This document shows, in pieces, positions 14,383-28,418 of a DNA stretch of 64,000 nt. The translations under genes and the position numbers were made by a program. The notes beneath the pieces were generated by a model. The model was not told where the DNA came from and searched no databases. It saw only the letters and a list, made by a program, of their open reading frames with translations. Every line of letters starts with the position of its first letter. Positions within the stretch are counted from its first letter, which is position 1. The DNA comes from Eledone cirrhosa (Eukaryota), in contig OZ024741.1 of assembly GCA_964016885.1 (NCBI GenBank), positions 130,944,001 to 131,008,000 on the forward strand, given 5' to 3'.

Positions 14383-17300
14383 TAACTCGGGTTGGAAGCG
14401 GTGAACATATAACTTGACACATCATATTTGTCTGTGGAACTAGGGTTCGAAGCGGTGAACATATAACTTGACACATCATATTTGTCTGTGTAACTAGGAT
14501 TGGAAGCAGTGAACATATAACTTTACACATCATATTTGTCTGTGTAACTAGGGTTGGAAGCGGTGAACATATAACTTTACACATCATATTTGTCTGTGTA
14601 ACTAGGGTTGGAAGCAGTGAACATATAACTTTACACATCATATTTGTCTGTGTAACTAGGGTTGGAAGCGGTGAACATATAACTTTACACATCATATTTG
14701 TCTGTGTAACTAGGGTTGGAAGCAGTGAACATACAACTTTACACATCATATTTGTCTGTGTAACTAGGGTTGGAAGCGGTGAACATATAACTTTACACAT
14801 CATATTTGTCTGTGTAACTAGGGTTGGAAGCAGTGAACATATAACTTTACACATCATATTTGTCTGTGTAACTAGGGTTGGAAGCAGTGAACATATAACT
14901 TTACACATCATATTTGTCTATGTAACTAGGGTTGGAAGCAGTGAACATATAACTTTACACATCATATTTGTCTGTGTAACTCGGGTTGGAAGCGGTGAAC
15001 ATATAACTTGACACATCATATTTGTCTGTGTAACTAGGGTTGGAAGCAGTGAACATATAACTTTACACATCATATTTGTCTGCGTAACTCGGTTTGGAAG
15101 CGGTGAACATATAACTTTACACATCATATTTGTCTGTGTAACTAGGGTTGGAAGCAGTGAACATATAACTTTACACATCATATTTGTCTGTGTAACTAGG
15201 GTTGGAAGCAGTGAACATATAAATTTACACATCATATTTGTCTATGTAACTAGGGTTGGAAGCAGTGAACATATAACTTTACACATCATATTTGTCTGCG
15301 TAACTCGTGTTGGAAGCGGTGAACATATAACTTTACACATCATATTTGTCTGTGGAACTAGGGTTGGAAGCGGTGAACATATAATTTTACACATCATATT
15401 TGTCTGTGTAACTAGGGTTGGAAGCAGTGAATATATAACTTTACACATCATATTTGTCTGTGTAACTAGGGTTGGAAGCAGTGAACATATAACTTTACAC
15501 ATCATATTTGTCTGTGTAACTAGGGTTGGAAGCAGTGAACATATAACTTTACACATCATATTTGTCTGTGTAACTAGGGTTATAAGCAGTGAACATATAA
15601 CTTTACACATCATATTTGTCTGTCTAACTAGGTTTGGAAGCGGTGAACATATAACTTTAAACATCATATTTGACTGTGTAACTAGGGTTGGAAGCAGTGA
15701 ACATATAACTTTACACATCATATTTGTCTGTGGAACTAGGGTTGGAAGCAGTGAACATAGAACTTTACACATCATATTTGTCTGTGTAACTAGGGTTGGA
15801 AGCAGTGAACATATAACTTTACACATCATATTTGTCTGTGTAACTCGGGTTGGAAGCGGTGAACATATAACTTGACACATCATATTTGTCTGTGGAACTA
15901 GGGTTCGAAGCGGTGAACATATAACTTTACACATCATATTTGTCTGTGTAACTAGGTTTGGAAGCAGTGAACATATAACTTTACACATCATATTTGTCTG
16001 TGTAACTAGGGTTGGAAGCGGTGAACATATAACTTTACACATCATATTTGTCTGTGTAACTAGGGTTATAAGCAGTGAACATATAACTTTACACATCATA
16101 TTTGTCTGTGTAACTAGGGTTGGAAGCGGTGAACATATAACTTTACACATCATATTTGTCTGTGTAACTAGGGTTATAAGCAGTGAACATATAACTTTAC
16201 ACATCATATTTGTCTGTGTAACTAGGGTTGGAAGCGGTGAACATATAACTTTACACATCATATTTGTCTTTGTAACTAGGGTTGGAAGCAGTGAACATAT
16301 AACTTTACACATCATATTTGTCTGTGTAACTAGGGTTGGAAGCAGTGAACATATAACTTTACACATCATATTTGTCTGCGTAACTCGGGTTGGAAGCGGT
16401 GAACATATAACTTTACACATCATATTTGTCTGTGTAACTAGGGTTGGAAGCAGTGAACATATAACTTTACACATCATATTTGTCTGTGTAACTAGGGTTG
16501 GAAGCAGTGAACATATAAATTTACACATCATATTTGTCTGTGTAACTAGGGTTGGAAGCAGTGAACATATAACTTTACACATCATATTTGTCTGCGTAAC
16601 TCGGGTTGGAAGCGGTGAACATATAACTTTACACATCATATTTGCCTGTGTAACTAGGGTTGGAAGCGGTGAACATATAACTTTACACATCATATTTGTC
16701 TGTGTAACTAGGGTTGGAAGCGGTGAACATATAACTTTACACATCATATTTGTCTGTGTAACTAGGGTTGGAAGCAGTGAACATATAACTTTACACATCA
16801 TATTTGTCTTTGTAACTAGGGTTGGAAGCAGTGAACATATAACTTTACACATCATATTGTCTGTGTAACTAGGGTTGGAAGCAGTGAACATATAACTTTA
16901 CACATCATATTTGTCTGTGTAACTCGGGTTGGAAGCGGTGAACTTATAACTTGACACATCATATTTGTCTGTGGAACTAGGGTTCGAAGCGGTGAACATA
17001 TAACTTTACACATCATATTTGTCTGTGTAACTAGGATTGGAAGCAGTGAACATATAACTTTACACATCATATTTGTCTGTGTAACTAGGGTTGGAAGCGG
17101 TGAACATATAACTTTACACATCATATTTGTCTGTGTAACTAGGGTTGGAAGCAGTGAACATATAACTTTACACATCATATTTGTCTGTGTAACTAGGGTT
17201 GGAAGCGGTGAACATATAACTTTACACATCATATTTGTCTGTGTAACTAGGGTTGGAAGCAGTGAACATATAACTTTACACATCATATTTGTCTGTGTAA

Positions 17301-20300
17301 CTAGGGTTGGAAGCGGTGAACATATAACTTTACACATCATATTCGTCTGTGTAACTAGGGTTGGAAGCGGTGAACATATAACTTTACACATCATATTTGT
17401 CTGTGTAACTAGGGTTGGAAGCAGTGAACATACAACTTTACACATCATATTTGACTGTGTAACTAGGGTTGGAAGCAGTGAACATATAACTTTACACATC
17501 ATATTTGTCTGTGTAACTAGGGTTGGAAGCAGTGAACATATAACTTTACACATCATATTTGTCTGCGTAACTCGGGTTGGAAGCGGTGAACATATAACTT
17601 TACACATCATATTTGTCTGTGTAACTAGGGTTGGAAGCAGTGAACATATAACTTTACACATCATATTTGTCTGTGTAACTAGGGTTGGAAGCAGTGAACA
17701 TATAAATTTACACATCATATTTGTCTGTGTAACTAGGGTTGGAAGCAGTGAACATATAACTTTACACATCATATTTGTCTGCGTAACTCGGGTTGGAAGC
17801 GGTGAACATATAACTTTACACATCATATTTGTCTGTGTAACTAGGATTGGAAGCAGTGAACATATAACTTTACACATCATATTTGTCTGTGTAACTAGGG
17901 TTGGAAGCGGTGAACATATAACTTTACACATCATATTTGTCTGTGTAACTAGGGTTGGAAGCAGTGAACATATAACTTTACACATCATATTTGTCTGTGT
18001 AACTAGGGTTGGAAGCGGTGAACATATAACTTTACACATCATATTTGTCTGTGTAACTAGGGTTGGAAGCAGTGAACATATAACTTTACACATCATATTT
18101 GTCTGTGTAACTAGGGTTGGAAGCGGTGAACATATAACTTTACACATCATATTCGTCTGTGTAATTAGGGTTGGAAGCGGTGAACATATAACTTTACACA
18201 TCATATTTGTCTGTGTAACTAGGGTTGGAAGCAGTGAACATATAACTTTACACATCATATTTGTCTGTGTAACTAGGGTTGGAAGCGGTGAACATATAAC
18301 TTTACACATCATATTCGTCTGTGTAACTAGGGTTGGAAGCGGTGAACATATAACTTTACACATCATATTTGTCTGTGTAACTAGGGTTGGAAGCAGTGAA
18401 CATACAACTTTACACATCATATTTGACTGTGTAACTAGGGTTGGAAGCAGTGAACATATAACTTTACACATCATATTTGTCTGTGTAACTAGGGTTGGAA
18501 GCAGTGAACATATAACTTTACACATCATATTTGTCTGCGTAACTCGGGTTGGAAGCGGTGAACATATAACTTTACACATCATATTTGTCTGTGTAACTAG
18601 GGTTGGAAGCAGTGAACATATAACTTTACACATCATATTTGTCTGTGTAACTAGGGTTGGAAGCAGTGAACATATAAATTTACACATCATATTTGTCTGT
18701 GTAACTAGGGTTGGAAGCAGTGAACATATAACTTTACACATCATATTTGTCTGCGTAACTCGGGTTGGAAGCGGTGAACATATAACTTTACACATCATAT
18801 TTGTCTGTGTAACTAGGATTGGAAGCAGTGAACATATAACTTTACACATCATATTTGTCTGTGTAACTAGGGTTGGAAGCGGTGAACATATAACTTTACA
18901 CATCATATTTGTCTGTGTAACTAGGGTTGGAAGCAGTGAACATATAACTTTACACATCATATTTGTCTGTGTAACTAGGGTTGGAAGCGGTGAACATATA
19001 ACTTTACACATCATATTTGTCTGTGTAACTAGGGTTGGAAGCAGTGAACATATAACTTTACACATCATATTTGTCTGTGTAACTAGGGTTGGAAGCGGTG
19101 AACATATAACTTTACACATCATATTCGTCTGTGTAATTAGGGTTGGAAGCGGTGAACATATAACTTTACACATCATATTTGTCTGTGTAACTAGGGTTGG
19201 AAGCAGTGAACATACAACTTTACACATCATATTTGACTGTGTAACTAGGGTTGGAAGCAGTGAACATATAACTTTACACATCATATTTGTCTGTGTAACT
19301 AGGGTTGGAAGCAGTGAACATATAACTTTACACATCATATTTGTCTATGTAACTAGGGTTGGAAGCAGTGAACATATAACTTTACACATCATATTTGTCT
19401 GTGTAACTCGGGTTGGAAGCGGTGAACATATAACTTGACACATCATATTTGTCTGTGGAACTAGGGTTCGAAGCGGTGAACATATAACTTTACACATCAT
19501 ATTTGTCTGTGTAACTAGGGTTGGAAGCAGTGAACATATAACTTTACACATCATATTTGTCTGTGTAACTAGGGTTGGAAGCGGTGAACATATAACTTTA
19601 CACGTCATATTTGTCTGTGTAACTAGGGTTGGAAGCAGTGAACATATAACTTTACACATCATATTTGTCTGTGTAACTAGGGTTGGAAGCGGTGAACATA
19701 TGACTTTACCCATCATATTTGTCTGTGTAACTAGGGTTGGAAGCGGTGAACATATAACTTTACACATCATATTTGTCTTTGTAACTAGGGTTGGAAGCAG
19801 TGAACATATAACTTTACACATCATATTTGTCTGTGTAACTAGGGTTGGAAGCAGTGAACATATAACTTTACACATCATATTTGTCTGCGTAACTCGGGTT
19901 GGAAGCGGTGAACATATAACTTTACACATCATATTTGTCTGTGTAACTAGGGTTGGAAGCAGTGAACATATAACTTTACACATCATATTTGTCTGTGGAA
20001 CTAGGGTTGGAAGCGGTGAACATATAACTTTACACATCATATTTGTCTGCGTAACTCGGGTTGGAAGCGGTGAACATACAACTTTACACATCATATTTGT
20101 CTGTGTAACTAGGGTTGGAAGCAGTGAACATATAACTTTACACATCATATTTGTCTGTGGAACTAGGGTTGGAAGCGGTGAACATATAACTTTACACATC
20201 ATATTTGTCTGTCTAACTAGGGTTGGAAGCAGTGAACATATAACTTTACACATCATATTTGTCTGTGTAACTAGGGTTGGAAGCAGTGAACATATAACTT

Positions 20301-23300
20301 TACACATCATATTTGTCTGTATAACTAGGTTTGGAAGCGGTGAACATATAACTTTGCACATCATATTTGTCTGTGTAACTAGGGTTGGAAGCAGTGAACA
20401 TATAACTTTACACATCATATTTGTCTGTGTAACTAGGGTTGGAAGCAGTGAACATATAACTTTACACATCATATTTGTCTGTGGAACTAGGGTTGGAAGC
20501 AGTGAACATAGAACTTTACACATCATATTTGTCTGTGTAACTAGGGTTGGAAGCAGTGAACATATAACTTTACACATCATATTTGTCTGTGTAACTCGGG
20601 TTGGAAGCGGTGAACATATAACTTGACACATCATATTTGTCAGTGGAACTAGGTTTCGAAGCGGTGAACATATAACTTTACACATCATATTTGTCTGTGT
20701 AACTAGTGTTGGAAGCAGTGAACATATAACTTTACACATCATATTTGTCTGTGTAACTAGGGTTGGAAGCGGTGAACATATAACTTTACACATCATATTC
20801 GTCTGTGTAACTAGGGTTGGAAGCGGTGAACATATAACTTTACACATCATATTTGTCTGTGTAACTAGGGTTGGAAGCAGTGAACATACAACATTACACA
20901 TCATATTTGACTGTGTAACTAGGGTTGGAAGCAGTGAACATATGACTTTACACATCATATTTGTCTGTGGAACTAGGGTTGGAAGCAGTGAACATATAAC
21001 TTTACACATCATATTTGTCTGTGTAACTCGGGTTGGAAGCGGTGAACATATAACTTGACACATCATATTTGTCTGTGGAACTAGGGTTCGAAGCGGTGAA
21101 CATATAACTTTACACATCATATTTGTCTGTGTAACTAGGGTTGGAAGCAGTGAACATATAACTTTACACATCATATTTGTCTGTGTAACTAGGGTTGGAA
21201 GCGGTGAACATATAACTTTACACGTCATATTTGTCTGTGTAACTAGGGTTGGAAGCAGTGAACATATAACTTTACACATCATATTTGTCTGTGTAACTAG
21301 GGTTGGAAGCGGTGAACATATAACTTTACCCATCATATTTGTCTGTGTAACTAGGGTTGGAAGCAGTGAACATATAAATTTACACATCATATTTGTCTGT
21401 GTAACTAGGGTTGGAAGCAGTGAACATATAACTTTACACATCATATTTGTCTGCGTAACTCGGGTTGGAAGCGGTGAACATATAACTTTACACATCATAT
21501 TTGTCTGTGGAACTAGGGTTGGAAGCGGTGAACATATAACTTTACACATCATATTTGTCTGTGTAACTAGGGTTGGAAGCAGTGAACATATAACTTTACA
21601 CATCATATTTGTCTGTCTAACTAGGTTTGGAAGCGGTGAACATATAACTTTACACATCATATTTGACTGTGTAACTAGGGTTGGAAGCAGTGAACATATA
21701 ACTTTACACATCAAATTTGTCTGTGGAACTAGGGTTGGAAGCAGTGAACATAGAACTTTACACATCATATTTGTCTGTGTAACTAGGGTTGGAAGCAGTG
21801 AACATATAACTTTACACATCATATTTGTCTGTGTAACTCGGGTTGGAAGCGGTGAACATATAACTTGACACATCATATTTGTCTGTGGAACTAGGGTTCG
21901 AAGCGGTGAACATATAACTTTACACATCATATTTGTCTGTGTAACTAGTGTTGGAAGCAGTGAACATATAACTTTACACATCATATTTGTCTGTGTAACT
22001 AGGGTTGGAAGCGGTGAACATATAACTTTACACATCATATTTGTCTGTGTAACTAGGGTTGGAAGCAGTGAACATATAACTTTACACATCATATTTGTCT
22101 GTGTAACTAGGGTTGGAAGCGGTGAACATATAACTTTACACATCATATTTGTCTGTGTAACTAGGGTTGGAAGCAGTGAACATATAACTTTACACATCAT
22201 ATTTGACTGTGTAACTAGGGTTGGAAGCGGTGAACATATAACTTTACACATCATATTTGTCTGTGTAACTAGGGTTGGAAGCAGTGAACATATAACTTTA
22301 CACATCATATTTGTCTTTGTAACTAGGGTTGGAAGCAGTGAACATATAACTTTACACATCATATTGTCTGTGTAACTAGGGTTGGAAGCAGTGAACATAT
22401 AACTTTACACATCATATTTGTCTGTGTAACTCGGGTTGGAAGCGGTGAACATATAACTTGACACATCATATTTGTCTGTGGAACTAGGGTTCGAAGCGGT
22501 GAACATATAACTTTACACATCATATTTGTCTGTGTAACTAGGATTGGAAGCAGTGAACATATAACTTTACACATCATATTTGTCTGTGTAACTAGGGTTG
22601 GAAGCGGTGAACATATAACTTTACACATCATATTTGTCTGTGTAACTAGGGTTGGAAGCAGTGAACATATAACTTTACACATCATATTTGTCTTTGTAAC
22701 TAGTGTTGGAAGCAGTGAACATATAACTTTACACATCATATTGTCTGTGTAACTAGGGTTGGAAGCAGTGAACATATAACTTTACACATCATATTTGTCT
22801 GTGTAACTCGGGTTGGAAGCGGTGAACATATAACTTGACACATCATATTTGTCTGTGGAACTAGGGTTCGAAGCGGTGAACATATAACTTGACACATCAT
22901 ATTTGTCTGTGTAACTAGGATTGGAAGCAGTGAACATATAACTTTACACATCATATTTGTCTGTGTAACTAGGGTTGGAAGCGGTGAACATATAACTTTA
23001 CACATCATATTTGTCTGTGTAACTAGGGTTGGAAGCAGTGAACATATAACTTTACACATCATATTTGTCTGTGTAACTAGGGTTGGAAGCGGTGAACATA
23101 TAACTTTACACATCATATTTGTCTGTGTAACTAGGGTTGGAAGCAGTGAACATACAACTTTACACATCATATTTGTCTGTGTAACTAGGGTTGGAAGCGG
23201 TGAACATATAACTTTACACATCATATTTGTCTGTGTAACTAGGGTTGGAAGCAGTGAACATATAACTTTACACATCATATTTGTCTGTGTAACTAGGGTT

Positions 23301-26300
23301 GGAAGCAGTGAACATATAACTTTACACATCATATTTGTCTATGTAACTAGGGTTGGAAGCAGTGAACATATAACTTTACACATCATATTTGTCTGTGTAA
23401 CTCGGGTTGGAAGCGGTGAACATATAACTTGACACATCATATTTGTCTGTGTAATTAGGGTTGGAAGCAGTGAACATATAACTTTACACATCATATTTGT
23501 CTGCGTAACTCGGTTTGGAAGCGGTGAACATATAACTTTACACATCATATTTGTCTGTGTAACTAGGGTTGGAAGCAGTGAACATATAACTTTACACATC
23601 ATATTTGTCTGTGTAACTAGGGTTGGAAGCAGTGAACATATAAATTTACACATCATATTTGTCTATGTAACTAGGGTTGGAAGCAGTGAACATATAACTT
23701 TACACATCATATTTGTCTGCGTAACTCGTGTTGGAAGCGGTGAACATATAACTTTACACATCATATTTGTCTGTGGAACTAGGGTTGGAAGCGGTGAACA
23801 TATAATTTTACACATCATATTTGTCTGTGTAACTAGGGTTGGAAGCAGTGAATATATAACTTTACACATCATATTTGTCTGTGTAACTAGGGTTGGAAGC
23901 AGTGAACATATAACTTTACACATCATATTTGTCTGTGTAACTAGGGTTGGAAGCAGTGAACATATAACTTTACACATCATATTTGTCTGTGTAACTAGGG
24001 TTATAAGCAGTGAACATATAACTTTACACATCATATTTGTCTGTCTAACTAGGTTTGGAAGCGGTGAACATATAACTTTAAACATCATATTTGACTGTGT
24101 AACTAGGGTTGGAAGCAGTGAACATATAACTTTACACATCATATTTGTCTGTGGAACTAGGGTTGGAAGCAGTGAACATAGAACTTTACACATCATATTT
24201 GTCTGTGTAACTAGGGTTGGAAGCAGTGAACATATAACTTTACACATCATATTTGTCTGTGTAACTCGGGTTGGAAGCGGTGAACATATAACTTGACACA
24301 TCATATTTGTCTGTGGAACTAGGGTTCGAAGCGGTGAACATATAACTTTACACATCATATTTGTCTGTGTAACTAGGTTTGGAAGCAGTGAACATATAAC
24401 TTTACACATCATATTTGTCTGTGTAACTAGGGTTGGAAGCGGTGAACATATAACTTTACACATCATATTTGTCTGTGTAACTAGGGTTATAAGCAGTGAA
24501 CATATAACTTTACACATCATATTTGTCTGTGTAACTAGGGTTGGAAGCGGTGAACATATAACTTTACACATCATATTTGTCTGTGTAACTAGGGTTATAA
24601 GCAGTGAACATATAACTTTACACATCATATTTGTCTGTGTAACTAGGGTTGGAAGCGGTGAACATATAACTTTACACATCATATTTGTCTTTGTAACTAG
24701 GGTTGGAAGCAGTGAACATATAACTTTACACATCATATTTGTCTGTGTAACTAGGGTTGGAAGCAGTGAACATATAACTTTACACATCATATTTGTCTGC
24801 GTAACTCGGGTTGGAAGCGGTGAACATATAACTTTACACATCATATTTGTCTGTGTAACTAGGGTTGGAAGCAGTGAACATATAACTTTACACATCATAT
24901 TTGTCTGTGTAACTAGGGTTGGAAGCAGTGAACATATAAATTTACACATCATATTTGTCTGTGTAACTAGGGTTGGAAGCAGTGAACATATAACTTTACA
25001 CATCATATTTGTCTGCGTAACTCGGGTTGGAAGCGGTGAACATATAACTTTACACATCATATTTGCCTGTGTAACTAGGGTTGGAAGCGGTGAACATATA
25101 ACTTTACACATCATATTTGTCTGTGTAACTAGGGTTGGAAGCGGTGAACATATAACTTTACACATCATATTTGTCTGTGTAACTAGGGTTGGAAGCAGTG
25201 AACATATAACTTTACACATCATATTTGTCTTTGTAACTAGGGTTGGAAGCAGTGAACATATAACTTTACACATCATATTGTCTGTGTAACTAGGGTTGGA
25301 AGCAGTGAACATATAACTTTACACATCATATTTGTCTGTGTAACTCGGGTTGGAAGCGGTGAACTTATAACTTGACACATCATATTTGTCTGTGGAACTA
25401 GGGTTCGAAGCGGTGAACATATAACTTTACACATCATATTTGTCTGTGTAACTAGGATTGGAAGCAGTGAACATATAACTTTACACATCATATTTGTCTG
25501 TGTAACTAGGGTTGGAAGCGGTGAACATATAACTTTACACATCATATTTGTCTGTGTAACTAGGGTTGGAAGCAGTGAACATATAACTTTACACATCATA
25601 TTTGTCTGTGTAACTAGGGTTGGAAGCGGTGAACATATAACTTTACACATCATATTTGTCTGTGTAACTAGGGTTGGAAGCAGTGAACATATAACTTTAC
25701 ACATCATATTTGTCTGTGTAACTAGGGTTGGAAGCGGTGAACATATAACTTTACACATCATATTCGTCTGTGTAACTAGGGTTGGAAGCGGTGAACATAT
25801 AACTTTACACATCATATTTGTCTGTGTAACTAGGGTTGGAAGCAGTGAACATACAACTTTACACATCATATTTGACTGTGTAACTAGGGTTGGAAGCAGT
25901 GAACATATAACTTTACACATCATATTTGTCTGTGTAACTAGGGTTGGAAGCAGTGAACATATAACTTTACACATCATATTTGTCTGCGTAACTCGGGTTG
26001 GAAGCGGTGAACATATAACTTTACACATCATATTTGTCTGTGTAACTAGGGTTGGAAGCAGTGAACATATAACTTTACACATCATATTTGTCTGTGTAAC
26101 TAGGGTTGGAAGCAGTGAACATATAAATTTACACATCATATTTGTCTGTGTAACTAGGGTTGGAAGCAGTGAACATATAACTTTACACATCATATTTGTC
26201 TGCGTAACTCGGGTTGGAAGCGGTGAACATATAACTTTACACATCATATTTGTCTGTGTAACTAGGATTGGAAGCAGTGAACATATAACTTTACACATCA

Positions 26301-28418
26301 TATTTGTCTGTGTAACTAGGGTTGGAAGCGGTGAACATATAACTTTACACATCATATTTGTCTGTGTAACTAGGGTTGGAAGCAGTGAACATATAACTTT
26401 ACACATCATATTTGTCTGTGTAACTAGGGTTGGAAGCGGTGAACATATAACTTTACACATCATATTTGTCTGTGTAACTAGGGTTGGAAGCAGTGAACAT
26501 ATAACTTTACACATCATATTTGTCTGTGTAACTAGGGTTGGAAGCGGTGAACATATAACTTTACACATCATATTCGTCTGTGTAATTAGGGTTGGAAGCG
26601 GTGAACATATAACTTTACACATCATATTTGTCTGTGTAACTAGGGTTGGAAGCAGTGAACATATAACTTTACACATCATATTTGTCTGTGTAACTAGGGT
26701 TGGAAGCGGTGAACATATAACTTTACACATCATATTCGTCTGTGTAACTAGGGTTGGAAGCGGTGAACATATAACTTTACACATCATATTTGTCTGTGTA
26801 ACTAGGGTTGGAAGCAGTGAACATACAACTTTACACATCATATTTGACTGTGTAACTAGGGTTGGAAGCAGTGAACATATAACTTTACACATCATATTTG
26901 TCTGTGTAACTAGGGTTGGAAGCAGTGAACATATAACTTTACACATCATATTTGTCTGCGTAACTCGGGTTGGAAGCGGTGAACATATAACTTTACACAT
27001 CATATTTGTCTGTGTAACTAGGGTTGGAAGCAGTGAACATATAACTTTACACATCATATTTGTCTGTGTAACTAGGGTTGGAAGCAGTGAACATATAAAT
27101 TTACACATCATATTTGTCTGTGTAACTAGGGTTGGAAGCAGTGAACATATAACTTTACACATCATATTTGTCTGCGTAACTCGGGTTGGAAGCGGTGAAC
27201 ATATAACTTTACACATCATATTTGTCTGTGTAACTAGGATTGGAAGCAGTGAACATATAACTTTACACATCATATTTGTCTGTGTAACTAGGGTTGGAAG
27301 CGGTGAACATATAACTTTACACATCATATTTGTCTGTGTAACTAGGGTTGGAAGCAGTGAACATATAACTTTACACATCATATTTGTCTGTGTAACTAGG
27401 GTTGGAAGCGGTGAACATATAACTTTACACATCATATTTGTCTGTGTAACTAGGGTTGGAAGCAGTGAACATATAACTTTACACATCATATTTGTCTGTG
27501 TAACTAGGGTTGGAAGCGGTGAACATATAACTTTACACATCATATTCGTCTGTGTAATTAGGGTTGGAAGCGGTGAACATATAACTTTACACATCATATT
27601 TGTCTGTGTAACTAGGGTTGGAAGCAGTGAACATACAACTTTACACATCATATTTGACTGTGTAACTAGGGTTGGAAGCAGTGAACATATAACTTTACAC
27701 ATCATATTTGTCTGTGTAACTAGGGTTGGAAGCAGTGAACATATAACTTTACACATCATATTTGTCTATGTAACTAGGGTTGGAAGCAGTGAACATATAA
27801 CTTTACACATCATATTTGTCTGTGTAACTCGGGTTGGAAGCGGTGAACATATAACTTGACACATCATATTTGTCTGTGGAACTAGGGTTCGAAGCGGTGA
27901 ACATATAACTTTACACATCATATTTGTCTGTGTAACTAGGGTTGGAAGCAGTGAACATATAACTTTACACATCATATTTGTCTGTGTAACTAGGGTTGGA
28001 AGCGGTGAACATATAACTTTACACGTCATATTTGTCTGTGTAACTAGGGTTGGAAGCAGTGAACATATAACTTTACACATCATATTTGTCTGTGTAACTA
28101 GGGTTGGAAGCGGTGAACATATGACTTTACCCATCATATTTGTCTGTGTAACTAGGGTTGGAAGCGGTGAACATATAACTTTACACATCATATTTGTCTT
28201 TGTAACTAGGGTTGGAAGCAGTGAACATATAACTTTACACATCATATTTGTCTGTGTAACTAGGGTTGGAAGCAGTGAACATATAACTTTACACATCATA
28301 TTTGTCTGCGTAACTCGGGTTGGAAGCGGTGAACATATAACTTTACACATCATATTTGTCTGTGTAACTAGGGTTGGAAGCAGTGAACATATAACTTTAC
28401 ACATCATATTTGTCTGTG
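11600..28418. repeat. Near-perfect tandem duplication, period 8,421 bp (156 monomers minus 3 bp)
   Basis: ORF-track pairs 13938/22359, 14315/22736, 14918/23339, 15242/23663, 16852/25273 and 19345/27766 are all offset by 8,421 with almost identical translations. The copies span ~11600-19997 and ~20020-28418. Confidence 0.93.
17230..19330. repeat. Nested duplication, period 972 bp (18 monomers); repeated again at +8,421
   Basis: The ATTCGTCTGTGTAATTAGGG variant has its GTAATT at 18161 and 19133, and flanking variants keep the same order. Boundaries are approximate. Confidence 0.8.
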
